A DNA stretch of 51,232 bases from Nemertoderma westbladi (GCA_032718475.1 JAUCBJ010007269.1:1-51232), one strand, 5' to 3'; positions 22,001-30,909 are shown, counted from the first letter of the stretch. The notes: generated by a model from the letters alone, not told the origin. Made by a program: numbers and translations.

Positions 22001-24107
22001 CAACTTCACTAGCAGTATAGATGCGTGCAGGCTCCACACCTTGCGCATGTAATACTTCAGACCTAACAGGTTGACACAATGTTACAGGGGGTATTGGTAT
22101 GCCCTTTTGGATATTGACTAATTTGTCGCGTTCTAGTGCGATACTTTGCTGCACTTCTTGCAACTCCGCTCTACCTTCCCTCACTGTTCCCTTAAGTTGG
22201 TGGACAGTCTCCTGCATCTGTCCTAGCAGGAGATTCATCCCCCGCCGCCCCTCTTCCACCCACTCAACCGCCGAAGCGGGAGTCGCCAACATAGTAGCGG
22301 GCTGACGCGGGACGACGGGAGACAAATTTTTGATTTCTCTCTCTGCTATCTGGACAGGGATATTCTCTTGGACTGCTCCACCGGGTACAGGCAATGTAGT
22401 ACTATGTAAAGGGAATTTAGAGTTAAGCTCTGGAAGTACAGGGGTCTCTAACACAGAAGTGACTTTGGGAACGACAGGCCTAATTATCTCAGGCTCATCA
22501 ACTATTGTAGAGAGTCTTTGGACCTTAATACTTTGGGCTGTAGGTTCTATACTACTCAAGTCTGTGCTAGCTAGCTGTCTTCTAACAGCTGGGGGCAAAT
22601 CAGGCAATTTGCGACGGTAAGATGTTTTTCTACGCCTACTTAGATGAGATCTATTTCCTCCGCCTTCAGGATCGGTAGTCTCGCCTTCCTCCGAGGACGT
22701 GTATCCCTGGCGCTTGGGAGTAGATTTTCTCATCATCTGCATTTGATTAGCAGTAAACTGTTTATTTATGCTATCTTGCGCCTCTTGCAGATTTTCCAAC
22801 TCTAGTTGGATAGTCTCCTCAGACGCTCTCCGTTCTGCTTCTGCCACTGTTGCTTTTCTTTCGGCTTCCGCCGCTTTTCTTTCTGCTTCTGCTTCTGCCG
22901 CTTTTGCTTTTCTTTCGGCTTCTGCTTCTGCCGCTTTTGCTTTTCTTTCGGCTTCTGCTTCTTTTCTTTCTGCTTCTGCTTCCGCCGCCGCTGCTGCTGC
23001 TACCTTCCTTTTCTCTATCCGTTCTTTCTTTACTTGATCTTCTCGGACTCTAGTGAGGCGGAGTTGTTCATCACATTCAGCTTGGTTTGCAGCTAACATT
23101 TCGGCATCGATTGAGTCCAACACAAGCTTGGTTCCTTCACTATTAGGGGAAAGCCCAGACAGCCGTCTCCTCAACTCTTCGTCTCCTAGGAATCGCTGAT
23201 AGTCGGACAAATAAATGTCGATAGCGTCTCTAGTTCGCGGCTTCTCGGCGGTCTCTTTGCTTTCCGCTTGAGAAAGGGTGACATCAGTTGGTTCTTCATA
23301 GGTTGATCTCTCAGCTAGCTGGGATTTCCACTGGGCCGTTTCCTGTACTTTGAGATCTACCCTATGTAACCAAGTTTTGACAGCAACCTGCAGCGACGTG
23401 TCTTGTCTTCTTTTGGAAGTTTCCTCAAAGGCTGAGAGGATTAGTCGTATGCGTAGGGTTCTTTCGCGTATTTGGTATAGCAGCTCTTCCTGCTCTTGAG
23501 GTCCTTGAGGTTGTCGAAACAGTTGTTCTTCCAATCGCTCCAAGGAGCCGAAGAATCCCTGCACATATCCTGATGCCGACCTCTTCCAAACAGCTGGATC
23601 CATTGTATCTTGTGCCACTCCCATCCTGTGTATATCATCCCAAGTAGCCTCGGACAGGTCCAACGGGAGTCCGAGTCCGGGAAAGTTCCATTGTGACTCG
23701 ACAATAGACATTAATTCTTCCCTGGCGTATCCCGCATAATTATCTCGGGTCGCTCGCTTATTCCTCGCCCAGTCGGCTTGATGTTCCTCCACCGCAATGA
23801 ATATAGTAGTTAGCACTGCAGCAGGAAGGGTAAGAAGGGGGTCCGAGTAGACTGTAACAGCCATCTGCCCTCCGCGTTCGGGGGTCAGCTCTACAGTATC
23901 CGAACTGCTAGAGCTATCGGGTCGCTGGGAAGTAGGTTCTTGACCAAGATGTTGCTGCGATGGGACAACTGCCTCTTGGTTCCGTTTGACCTGTGCCCGA
24001 GTGCCTATGATGGACCTATGGTGGATTAGCCTAGGGTCTGATACTACTGGAGGGATGACCTTTTTTGCAGTAGGAGGTGAGCTGAACTCCTTTCTTAATC
24101 GCTCCAC
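16074..24107 (-). CDS. Bel/Pao Gag-Pol polyprotein, 2677 aa (Gag, protease, RT, RNase H, integrase)
   Basis: Three Gag Cys/His motifs (CALCDGTHRLSAC, CYNCLRPGHQRRTC, CAKCGAKHHILLH); protease ALLDSGS; RT SDIEGMFLQV, RFLWW, YMDD; RNase H LHVFGDAS, PRAEL, WTD, NPADIASRG; integrase HHCC plus GVDLFGP, SDKGTNF, WERLIRSVK. True start uncertain (the track uses a GTG; the first ATG is about codon 82). Confidence 0.96.
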   Translation of the reverse strand: MERLRKEFSSPPTAKKVIPPVVSDPRLIHHRSIIGTRAQVKRNQEAVVPSQQHLGQEPTSQRPDSSSSSDTVELTPERGGQMAVTVYSDPLLTLPAAVLTTIFIAVEEHQADWARNKRATRDNYAGYAREELMSIVESQWNFPGLGLPLDLSEATWDDIHRMGVAQDTMDPAVWKRSASGYVQGFFGSLERLEEQLFRQPQGPQEQEELLYQIRERTLRIRLILSAFEETSKRRQDTSLQVAVKTWLHRVDLKVQETAQWKSQLAERSTYEEPTDVTLSQAESKETAEKPRTRDAIDIYLSDYQRFLGDEELRRRLSGLSPNSEGTKLVLDSIDAEMLAANQAECDEQLRLTRVREDQVKKERIEKRKVAAAAAAEAEAERKEAEAERKAKAAEAEAERKAKAAEAEAERKAAEAERKATVAEAERRASEETIQLELENLQEAQDSINKQFTANQMQMMRKSTPKRQGYTSSEEGETTDPEGGGNRSHLSRRRKTSYRRKLPDLPPAVRRQLASTDLSSIEPTAQSIKVQRLSTIVDEPEIIRPVVPKVTSVLETPVLPELNSKFPLHSTTLPVPGGAVQENIPVQIAEREIKNLSPVVPRQPATMLATPASAVEWVEEGRRGMNLLLGQMQETVHQLKGTVREGRAELQEVQQSIALERDKLVNIQKGIPIPPVTLCQPVRSEVLHAQGVEPARIYTASEVETPIANPIKGDYRPVINDIPYRPDNDPRNLYTDNSILNNTMAQESFMRQMARTEARQAVKVGEIVKFNGDEMKWLPFNEYYKDSIQNSVLSNGEKLRFLIKCLEGPPKLMALKFIGHPEGLRQVWDTLNIRYGNKDNIAKYLYAKLVAPRHFLSSGIIEFSDEIQEICRQLDWLGKSHEYQSSMVIGAVVSTLPKGGVCTRWDKKVLYMNEQQRRSPTMADLMSFLDGEVKLQLINQSREETSENKVSEKPTSRRRVTPVCYTDDGESQASQEEDSGKDTDRSYYVDKTSKDVSKYKARNNDRREQVAKTPPQSPNRMHRRKPDEKTRVHQVTQGKVSNIKPNCALCDGTHRLSACAEFLKKSLVDRRTVVWDKRLCYNCLRPGHQRRTCYSDIKCAKCGAKHHILLHSEFERDKQSQVSEPELHVQFSDVNDTDQESEMEGFYTDEFSDANESCYLINTAVYRALTYEKDINDEFPQTTFAKQPSWKAPASNVGIREFPVVQVRVHGIDKSYIVNALLDSGSTGTFIDQELAEDIFAGQPKFRTKLNMSGIMQVWKSTLTADYYVGVLSTPQDKLGTQGIRSVKMVAIKNFATTQADLYNWDEDESVQHLKIPRFQTDYPGVQILIGQNAHEALETLEKRPAQPQPLQTYAVRTRVGWYFTGPSRRTLEERMPHEQIYQVNDGEVESSEVDELTEGTPYSSDNDDIYQLFEEENTIDLLTENQTWKNQTNLCQLIRPTESIIYNDELNDEVERYNARTRDELAVRFFTQELVEPNSYNKALSIEEERAKQIQETTTRFLKDQGRYEIGLPFRKREPRFINNRPLAEKRINQLHRRLTANASAKEMYQTQLKKFITKGYAEQVPEGTPITERTYYLTHHYVPKPGKPHEVRVVFDGSALYMGQSLNSELLPGPNLLQSLLGILLRIRQYSIAFASDIEGMFLQVKALERDRDSLRFLWWPEGDLNQKPVEYWMTIQAFGIISSPSNACSVVRTTANDNRDSFSKEVIDNIKRNIYMDDNLRSLPSVEEAIAVAKGTVECLKRGGFRLTKFTSNSREFLEAIPVEDRGAKDLDLIKDDLPETKTLGLKWDTERDILFFQLKQRDNPVRTKRICLSILSTYFDPLGFISPVILIARSLVQQMWLENHSWDDPLKGELLKKWMKWEDSLPAIENFIISRAYFGHVLPTYSYQLHVFGDASDMGIGIVAYLRVETPDGIKVALVTSKALINNKLKVPRAELKAALYATAIGRNVTEQIDYPLEKTVYWTDALLVLEYLTNEVCQFSVFVTNRVAIILSRTKIDQWRHCPGTINPADIASRGATPQELIDTPDWLGGPDFLSKEEDEWPPHLTTAEIRQAKGAETVKPKTRASKSKLFKPTIDLSVLHVSGNDGLDPQSLAINKSVAEIRDRDWKSGIPDVSQGISPLLQRAMHHYSSWNRLCKAVTYLKRCFHHQYSRAKTTSDNAPLTSAQVHVIKNLPKYKVSDSFLKEKISHQEHEETNKQILRLLQCYEDSEKYFLLLRNPQMRLRDRFSSTMIDGLIRVGGRLTNAPLSFDTKFPILIRNLEVQIKMIVDVHSKLYHAGRERVLSEIRTRYYFDKPRRALNQVLRNCIPCRKAFSRPLTQREAELPRERVSFYEPPFTNTGVDLFGPIEVYRARTIVKRWCVIFVCMTCRAIHLDMVNDLSTNSFVLSLRRQIARFGTSNTMRSDKGTNFIGANNEIQAYVKDWNQRQVDDQLRITASSWTFNAADAPWWGGSWERLIRSVKTAFHFIVPCRAYLTDELLRTLMEEIAAYLNERPLMPVSSSPDSLEALTPAHFLLKKPVAMLPRSEIVDGDEYCRRTWQLMQLLSRRFADHFERHNLPTLQLRTKWFAQQENVSAGDMVLIVDQDLPRKRWQTGRIIETHISEDGLVRSVELIVMRRNFKKPGIIFETQQLNRPVGRLCLLERDRELSGNYGRQETLPTTTSLIPQTSRGSST

Positions 24108-24114
24108 ACTCCTC

Positions 24115-24437
24115 AGGCATTCCTGTGGGAAACAGAGTGGAAGGGTTTACTGTGGAAGATCACCCATGGTGGTGAACAGGCATTCCTTTAGGAAACAGAG
24201 TGGAAGGGTTTACTGTGGAAGACCACCCATGGTGGTGAACAGGCATTCCTTTAGGAAACATAGTGAAAGGGTTTACTGTGGAAGATCACCCATGGTGGTG
24301 AACAGGCATTCCTTTAGGAAACAGAGTGGAAGGGTTTACTGTGGAAGATCACCCATGGTGGTGAACAGGCATTCCTTTAGGAAACAGAGTGGAAGGGTTT
24401 ACTGTGGAAGATCACCAATGGTGGTGAACAGGCATGC
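24115..24437. repeat. 63-bp tandem repeat (~5 copies) in the leader of element A
   Basis: Unit AGGCATTCCTTTAGGAAACAGAGTGGAAGGGTTTACTGTGGAAGATCACCCATGGTGGTGAAC, near-identical copies. Confidence 0.95.
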
Positions 24438-24965
24438 ATTCCTTGACTTAACGAGCCTAAAATAATATTATCTTTTCACTATTCATATACTTTTAAGGGG
24501 ATACCCCCCCCCCCCCCCCCCCCCCCCCTCCCCCCTCCTTTACACTGGGACTGGTGGGACCTCGGCACGAAATAACCAAACGCGAAAATGATATAAACCA
24601 TATCTGTATCTGTATATTCAACAAATATCATGAAACACACCCGCTGACACAAAAATAATAACCACTAACCAAAAAATACTAGCCAGCTGCGCCAAAGAAA
24701 ATAAATATTATGTACCAGGTAGACTGTGTGGCGGACAAATATAAAACAAACATTTAATGTTTAATTAGTTTAGTTTGCTAGTTATCGACAGACATTAAAA
24801 ATAATAAAATACCTCTTAGTGCCTAATTATCAATACAACATATACACGGCTTAGAGACACAGAGTAGCCAATGGAATCGAAGGTAATAACCACACAGCGG
24901 CATAAGCAATCTAAATAACTAATAAACAAACAAACAACATAATTTAACCTGTCTCTTATGTTAGA

Positions 24966-27445
24966 TACGGAGCCCCTAACTAAAGGGAGATGGAAAAAAA
25001 ATAACTTTATTTTATTATCCAGGGACAAGCCTTCTAATCAAAAATTCCGGGGCCCGAGATAATTCAACTCACTGATTGGTTGGTTATCTCGGGGCCCGAG
25101 TTATTAAGTCGGGGCCCGAGATAATTCAACTCACTGATTGGTTGGTTAACTCGGGACCCGAGTTATTAAGTCGGGGCCCGAGATAATTCAACTCACTGAT
25201 TGGTTGGTTATCTCGGGCCCGAGTTATTAAGTCGGGGCCCGAGATAATTCAACTCACTGATTGGTTGGTTATCTCGGCCCCGAGTTATTAAGTCGGGGTC
25301 CGAGATAATTCAACTCACTGATTGGTTGGTTATCTCGGACCCGAGTTATTAAGTCGGGGTCCGAGATAATTCAACTCACTGATTGGTTGGTTATCTCGGG
25401 GCCCGAGTTATTAAGTCGGGGCCCGAGATAATTCAACTCACTGATTGGTTGGTTATCTCGGGGCTTGAGATAATTCAGTCAGAAAAGTTATTAAGTCGGG
25501 GCCCGAGATAATTCAACTCACTGATTGGTTGGTTATCTCGGGCCCGAGTTATTAAGTCGGGGCCCGAGATAATTCAACTCACTGATTGGTTGGTTATCTC
25601 GGGGCCCGAGTTATTAAGTCGGGGCCCGAGATAATTCAACTCACTGATTGGTTGGTTATCTCGGAGCTTGAGATAATTCAGTCAGAAAAGTTATTAAGTC
25701 GGGGCCCGAGATAATTCAACTCACTGATTGGTTGGTTATCTCGGGCCCGAGTTATTAAGTCGGGGCCCGAGATAATTCAACTCACTGATTGGTTGGTTAT
25801 CTCGGGGCCCGAGGTATTAAGTCGGGGCCCGAGATAATTCAACTCACTGATTGGTTGGTTATCTCGGACCCGAGTTATTAAGTCGGGGTCCGAGATAATT
25901 CAACTCACTGATTGGTTGGTTATCTCGGACCCGAGTTATTAAGTCGGGGTCCGAGATAATTCAACTCACTGATTGGTTGGTTATCTCGGGGCCCGAGTTA
26001 TTAAGTCGGGGCCCGAGATAATTCAACTCACTGATTGGTTGGTTATCTCGGGGCTTGAGATAATTCAGTCAGAAAAGTTATTAAGTCGGGGCCCGAGATA
26101 ATTCAACTCACTGATTGGTTGGTTATCTCGGGCCCGAGTTATTAAGTCGGGGCCCGAGATAATTCAACTCACTGATTGGTTGGTTATCTCGGGCCCGAGT
26201 TATTAAGTCGGGGTCCGAGATAATTCAACTCACTGATTGGTTGGTTACCTCGGACCCGAGTTATTAAGTCGGGGTCCGAGATAATTCAACTCACTGATTG
26301 GTTGGTTATCTCGGGGCCCGAGTTATTAAGTCGGGGCCCGAGATAATTCAACTCACTGATTGGTTGGTTATCTCGGGGCTTGAGATAATTCAGTCAGAAA
26401 AGTTATTAAGTCGGGGCCCGAGATAATTCAACTCACTGATTGGTTGGTTATCTCGGGCCCGAGTTATTAAGTCCGGGCCCGAGATAATTCAACTCACTGA
26501 TTGGTTGGTTATCTCGGGACCCGAGTTATTAAGTCGGGGCCCGAGATAATTCAACTCACCGATTGGTTGGTTATCTCGGGCCCGAGTTATTAAGTCGGGG
26601 CCCGAGATAATGCAACTCACTGATTGGTTGGTTATCTCGGGGCCCGAGTTATTAAGTCGGGGCCCGAGATAATTCAACTCACAGATTGGTTGGTTATCTC
26701 GGGCCCGAGTTATTAAGTCGGGGCCCGAGATAATTCAACTCACTGATTGGTTGGTTATCTCGGACCCGAGTTATTAAGTCGGGGTCCGAGATAATTCAAC
26801 TCACAGATTGGTTGGTTATCTCGGGCCCGAGTTATTAAGTCGGGGCCCGAGATAATTCAACTCACTGATTGGTTGGTTATCTCGGGGCCCGAGTTATTAA
26901 GTCGGGGCCCGAGATAATTCAACTCACTGATTGGTTGGTTATCTCGGGGCCCGAGTTATTAAGTCGGGGCCCGAGATAATTCAACTCACTGATTGGTTGG
27001 TTATCTCGGGGCCCAAGATAATTCAACTCACTGATTGGTTGGTTATCTCGGGGCCCGAGTTATTAAGTCGGGGCCCGAGATAATTCAACTCACTGATTGG
27101 TTGGTTATCTCGGGGCCCAAGATAATTCAACTCACTGATTGGTTGGTTATCTCGGGACCCGAGTTATTAAGTCGGGGCCCGAGATAATTCAACTCACTGA
27201 TTTGTTGGTTATCTCGGGACCCGAGTTATTAAGTCGGGGCCCGAGATAATTCAACTCACTGATTGGTTGGTTATCTCGGGCCCGAGTTATTAAGTCGGGG
27301 CCCGAGATAATTCAACTCACTGATTGGTTGGTTATCTCGGGCCCGAGTTATTAAGTCGGGGCCCGAGATAATTCAACTCACTGATTGGTTGGTTATCTCG
27401 GGCCCGAGTTATTAATTTTTTCCATTGCCCTTTAGGGGCTCTGTA
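24966..27445. mobile_element. Non-autonomous TIR element with TAYGG-type ends (IS3EU-like) filled with a tandem array
   Basis: Left end TACGGAGCCCCTAACTAAAGGGAGATGGAAAAAA; right end (reverse complement) TACAGAGCCCCTAAAGGGCAATGGAAAAAA. TAY..RTA termini are described for IS3EU. Flanks (GTTAGA / GCATAC) do not form a TSD. Confidence 0.65.
25047..27415. repeat. 61-62-bp tandem array (~38 units) rich in palindromes, with recurring variant units
   Basis: Unit GGGCCCGAGATAATTCAACTCACTGATTGGTTGGTTATCTCGG(G)GCCCGAGTTATTAAGTCG. A variant containing CTTGAGATAATTCAGTCAGAAAAG recurs at about 25464, 25667, 26054 and 26379. Confidence 0.97.
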
Positions 27446-27570
27446 GCATACAACCAAATTATCAGTTTATATTAAATTAATCAACTAAATGAAATATTCA
27501 TATTCCTCCGAGGTAAAATGTCTGTTGAGCCTCAGTAAGAGATGACTGCTGAGTTGATACGGTCTGCCAT

Positions 27571-27730
27571 TCACATGATGTTCTTCCATCTGTTTAATTC
27601 GGTCACGTGGTCTATATTCTCCCCTTTAAGGTATTTCTCCCATATCAAGGCATAAAGTCTCTCCAACCCGTTGCAGTACTGCCCGATGTTGAACAACGGA
27701 CTGGTCGTCCTGCCCGTACCCACTTTCTCC
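27571..27730 (-). CDS. OGT: OGT terminal coding exon
   Basis: Acceptor TTTCATTTTCAG. Phase-2 join CG|G gives R-EKVGTGRTTSPLFNIGQYCNGLERLYALIWEKYLKGENIDHVTELNRWKNIM*, matching the OGT C-terminus (SPLFN...LERLY...W...DH). Confidence 0.92.
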
Positions 27731-27796
27731 CTGAAAATGAAACAAAATTAAACATCAAGTAACGTCTATTGATTAGATGTCTAGTACATTATAAGA

Positions 27797-28721
27797 TTAC
27801 CGTATATCCCGATGTATCTTACCGTATTTCCCGACCTTCTCACCGTATTTCCCGACCCTCTCACCGTATTTCCCGACCCTCTCACCGTATTTACCGACCT
27901 TCTCACCGTATTTACCGACCCTCTCACCGTATTTACCGACCTTCTCACCGTATTTCCCGACCTATCTCACCGTATTTACCGACCTTCTCACCGTATTTAC
28001 CGACCTTCTCACCGTATTTACCGACCTCTGACCGTATTTCCCGACCTTCTCACCGTATTTCCCGACCCTCTCACCGTATTTCCCGACCCTCTCACCGTAT
28101 TTACCGACCTTCTCACCGTATTTACCGACCCTCTCACCGTATTTACCGACCTTCTCACCGTATTTCCCGACCTATCTCACCGTATTTACCGACCTTCTCA
28201 CCGTATTTACCGACCTTCTCACCGTATTTACCGACCTCTGACCGTATTTACCGACCTCTGACCGTATTTCCCGACCTTCTCGCCGTATTTACCGACCCTC
28301 TGACCGTATTTCCCGACCTTCTCACCGTATTTCCCGACCCTCTCACCGTATTTCCCGACCCTCTCACCGTATTTCCCGACCCTCTCACCGTATTTCCCGA
28401 CCCTCTCACCGTATTTCCCGACCCTCTCACCGTATTTACCGACCTTCTCACCGTATTTCCCGACCTATCTCACCGTATTTACCGACCTTCTCACCGTATT
28501 TACCGACCTTCTCACCGTATTTACCGACCTCTGACCGTATTTACCGACCTCTGACCGTATTTCCCGACCTTCTCGCCGTATTTACCGACCCTCTGACCGT
28601 ATTTCCCGACCCTCTCACCGTATTTCCCGACCCTCTCACCGTATTTCCCGACCCTCTCACCGTATTTCCCGACCTTCTCACCGTTTTTCCCGACCCTCTC
28701 CCGTATTTACCGACCTCTCAC
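27797..28721. repeat. 20-22-bp minisatellite (>40 units, with a 210-bp higher-order duplication) in the last OGT intron
   Basis: Unit CCGTATTT(C/A)CCGACC(T/C)TCTCA. The block starting at 27821 is repeated at 28031. Confidence 0.95.
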
Positions 28722-29626
28722 TGTTGATGCAAGTATGAACTTAGCCTTTTAGATTACTTATTTTACTAATTTTAAGCTCAAAACACAATTTGTATTGATA
28801 AAGTTGTTTACGATATAATATCGACTATTTCAGTTAAGTTATGCTTTACTAAGGGTTTTAACGCCCAATCAGTGCCATTATACACATATCCTACCTATAA
28901 TAATGCCCCATTGGCTGTGTTATTCTATTACGGTTAATCTGATATATAAGTTCGGTTGGTTGAATGCTTTACTCACTCAGTGCATGCCGCCTCTGCTGTG
29001 CAGTTACATCTCTCATGCAGAGTTTTAATTGCCAGTCAGGTTTTCGATGACTGGAGATTATTACATGTCTAAGTCTGATATCTGGAGTTTAAAATTTGAA
29101 CTAAATTCATTGTTAATAATTGAATTATATTTACTCGTTGTTATATTTGATAATCTACTGATAAACTCAATTTTCTGTTATTATTTGCTTAATATATCGC
29201 CGATATTACAGAATCAAGGAGGTTTTACACGCGCCACAACAGGTGGGTTGCTGTAAAGTATCAGTGATAATCTGGACAATTGTATCAGATTTGTGTGTTG
29301 TCATATCTCTGACATACTAAATAATTAATATATGGCGATATTTCAGACCATTAATCTAAGCAAAGCTCTTATTATTAATTACATCACGATTGAGAGTTGT
29401 CACAAATTGAACACTGTGGTAATATCAATATAATTAGACCAAAGACTTGTCGCAATACGTTTCCTCTAAAGGGAAACACAGTCACCAGACTTGAGTCCTT
29501 ACCGAATTAATTAGTCAGTCATTTACTTGTTATTCTTTGTTATCACACCCTCTCGGTACTGTATCTCAGTTAAATACAATAGATAATCAAATACCGTATT
29601 GAACTTAGTGAAATATAGAGCAAATA
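28722..29626 (+). mobile_element. Probable solo LTR (~905 bp) inserted in the minisatellite, antisense to OGT
   Basis: Starts TGTT and ends AATA (not the canonical AACA); flanked by TCTCAC on both sides (28716-28721, 29627-29632). Contains CCAAT boxes, TATATAA at 28943 and TCACTCAGT Inr-like motif about 30 nt downstream. No ORF. Confidence 0.55.
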
Positions 29627-30020
29627 TCTCACTGTATTTCCCGACCTATCTCACTGTATTTCCCGACCTATCTCACCGTATTTCCCGACCTATCTCACCG
29701 TATTTCCCGACCTATCTCACCGTATTTCCCGACCTATCTCACCGTATTTCCCGACCTATCTCACCGTATTTCCCGACCTATCTCACCGTATTTCCCGACC
29801 TATCTCACCGTATTTCCCAACCTACCTCACCGTATTTCCCGACCTATCTCACCGTATTTCCCGACCTATCTCACCGTATTTCCCGACCTATCTCCTATCT
29901 CACCGTATTTCCCGACCTATCTCACCGTATTTCCCAACCTATCTTACCGTATTTCCCGACCTATCTCACCGTATTTCCCGACCTATCTCCTATCTCACCG
30001 CATTTACCGATGTATCTTAC
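29627..30020. repeat. 22-bp minisatellite (~17 units) abutting the OGT splice donor
   Basis: Unit TCTCACCGTATTTCCCGACCTA. On the gene strand it reads GGAAATACG|GTGAGA, a copy of the true junction GGAAATACG|GTAAGA. Confidence 0.95.
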
Positions 30021-30183
30021 CGTATTTCCGTTAGGTATCCGGGATCATTCCCTAATCTCACGGCTATATCTTCATACTCCTGGGATGACTTGGCAACCAG
30101 TTCGGGGCAACCAATCGTAGCTAATTGGGAGGCGGCCACTCGTGAAGCCAACGTCTCACCGGGAAAGGTAACCATAGGCGTTC
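30021..30183 (-). CDS. OGT: OGT internal exon (catalytic domain)
   Basis: Acceptor TTCTGTTGTAG, donor GTAAGA. Encodes [55 protein letters not shown]; phase 1 to phase 2. Confidence 0.95.
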
Positions 30184-30243
30184 CTACAACAGAAAGCAGT
30201 AGCGTAAACACATAAAATATAATAAAATACTTGTAAAGTTTTA

Positions 30244-30389
30244 TTCACTGGGAAGCAGCACCACAAACTTGCGCAAATCGCGCTTCTGCTTATTAATCAC
30301 AGGCCGGCGGGTGTGAATAAAAAGCATTTCCAGTTTCAGTTAGATAAACTTGCGATTTGCGCAAGTTTGTGGTGCTGCTTCCCAGTGAA
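30244..30389. mobile_element. Small MITE (~146 bp) with ~38-bp perfect TIRs
   Basis: TTCACTGGGAAGCAGCACCACAAACTTGCGCAAATCGC ... GCGATTTGCGCAAGTTTGTGGTGCTGCTTCCCAGTGAA, flanked by TA. Exact ends and superfamily ambiguous. Confidence 0.75.
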
Positions 30390-30579
30390 TAATTTCCTTG
30401 ACACAGTCTCGTACACACTACTCGCTCTCTTTGTCTTCTTGACCATGTCAACATTTAGCTACTGTACCTATAGTTATTGTTAACCTGATAAAGCCCTCCT
30501 TCTTGGGCGATACCAAGGCTGTCTGTGATGTTCTCAAAGTCTACTACTAGGATCGGCATGCTGCATTGCAGCTGCATTT

Positions 30580-30830
30580 TTAAGAATGCTGTGCCGGCTT
30601 GTCGGCAAAATTGCGCCGCCACAACTCCCTATCACCCATGACATTTGCTAGATCATCCGCATCTTTAAGGCCAGTGTCCTTTAAGATGCGTCTCAAGAAA
30701 GTCATGGGCTGTCCACCATGCTTATTCACTCCATGAGGCTGCCAAAGTACAAGATTATGCACTGGCTGGTCCTCACGGCGAAAGCAATGTCCTGCAAAGC
30801 GGAGGCGGTCAGAGTCCGTACAGTCAGGTT
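30580..30830 (-). mobile_element. RTE-like LINE 3' fragment
   Basis: RLRFAGHCFRREDQPVHNLVLWQP...KDTGL...MGDRELWR; same region as the fragment at 4640-5190. Confidence 0.75.
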
Positions 30831-30909
30831 CTCACAGTCAGTATTGCGAGTCAGCAGTCAGGAAACGGTTAAGTTATTTCAATTATTGGTTACCTACCGA
30901 TACAGTCGA

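Larger units (their letters stand above)
10066..24965 (-). mobile_element. Bel/Pao LTR retrotransposon A: coding-intact, with 3' accessory ORFs, 5' LTR absent
   Basis: Single Gag-Pol ORF with Bel/Pao domain order and motifs, a PPT, and a 3' LTR. No second copy of this LTR is in the window. The 5' boundary is inferred from the adjoining TIR element at 24966. Confidence 0.9.

Noticed and set aside
16420-24465. Plus-strand ORFs overlapping gag-pol (e.g. 18721-19365, 22768-23096, 23986-24465)
   Set aside because: Antisense shadows of a long ORF, of its low-complexity tract, or of the 63-bp repeat; no independent motifs.
24504-24536. Long poly-C tract (also 48302-48322 and poly-G 49073-49088)
   Set aside because: Simple homopolymers whose length is error-prone; the latter two are parts of a MITE's TIRs.
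25047-27415. CRISPR-like appearance of the palindromic regular repeats
   Set aside because: Units are head-to-tail with no unique spacers, there are no cas genes, and the context is eukaryotic with introns.
24122-30021. In-frame OGT to Gag-Pol fusion by splicing
   Set aside because: The visible OGT donors are phase 1, 1 and 2, whereas the putative gag acceptor is phase 0.
27769-30120. ORFs 27769-28554, 27812-28261, 28248-28451 and 29599-30120
   Set aside because: Periodic translations of the minisatellites; not genes.
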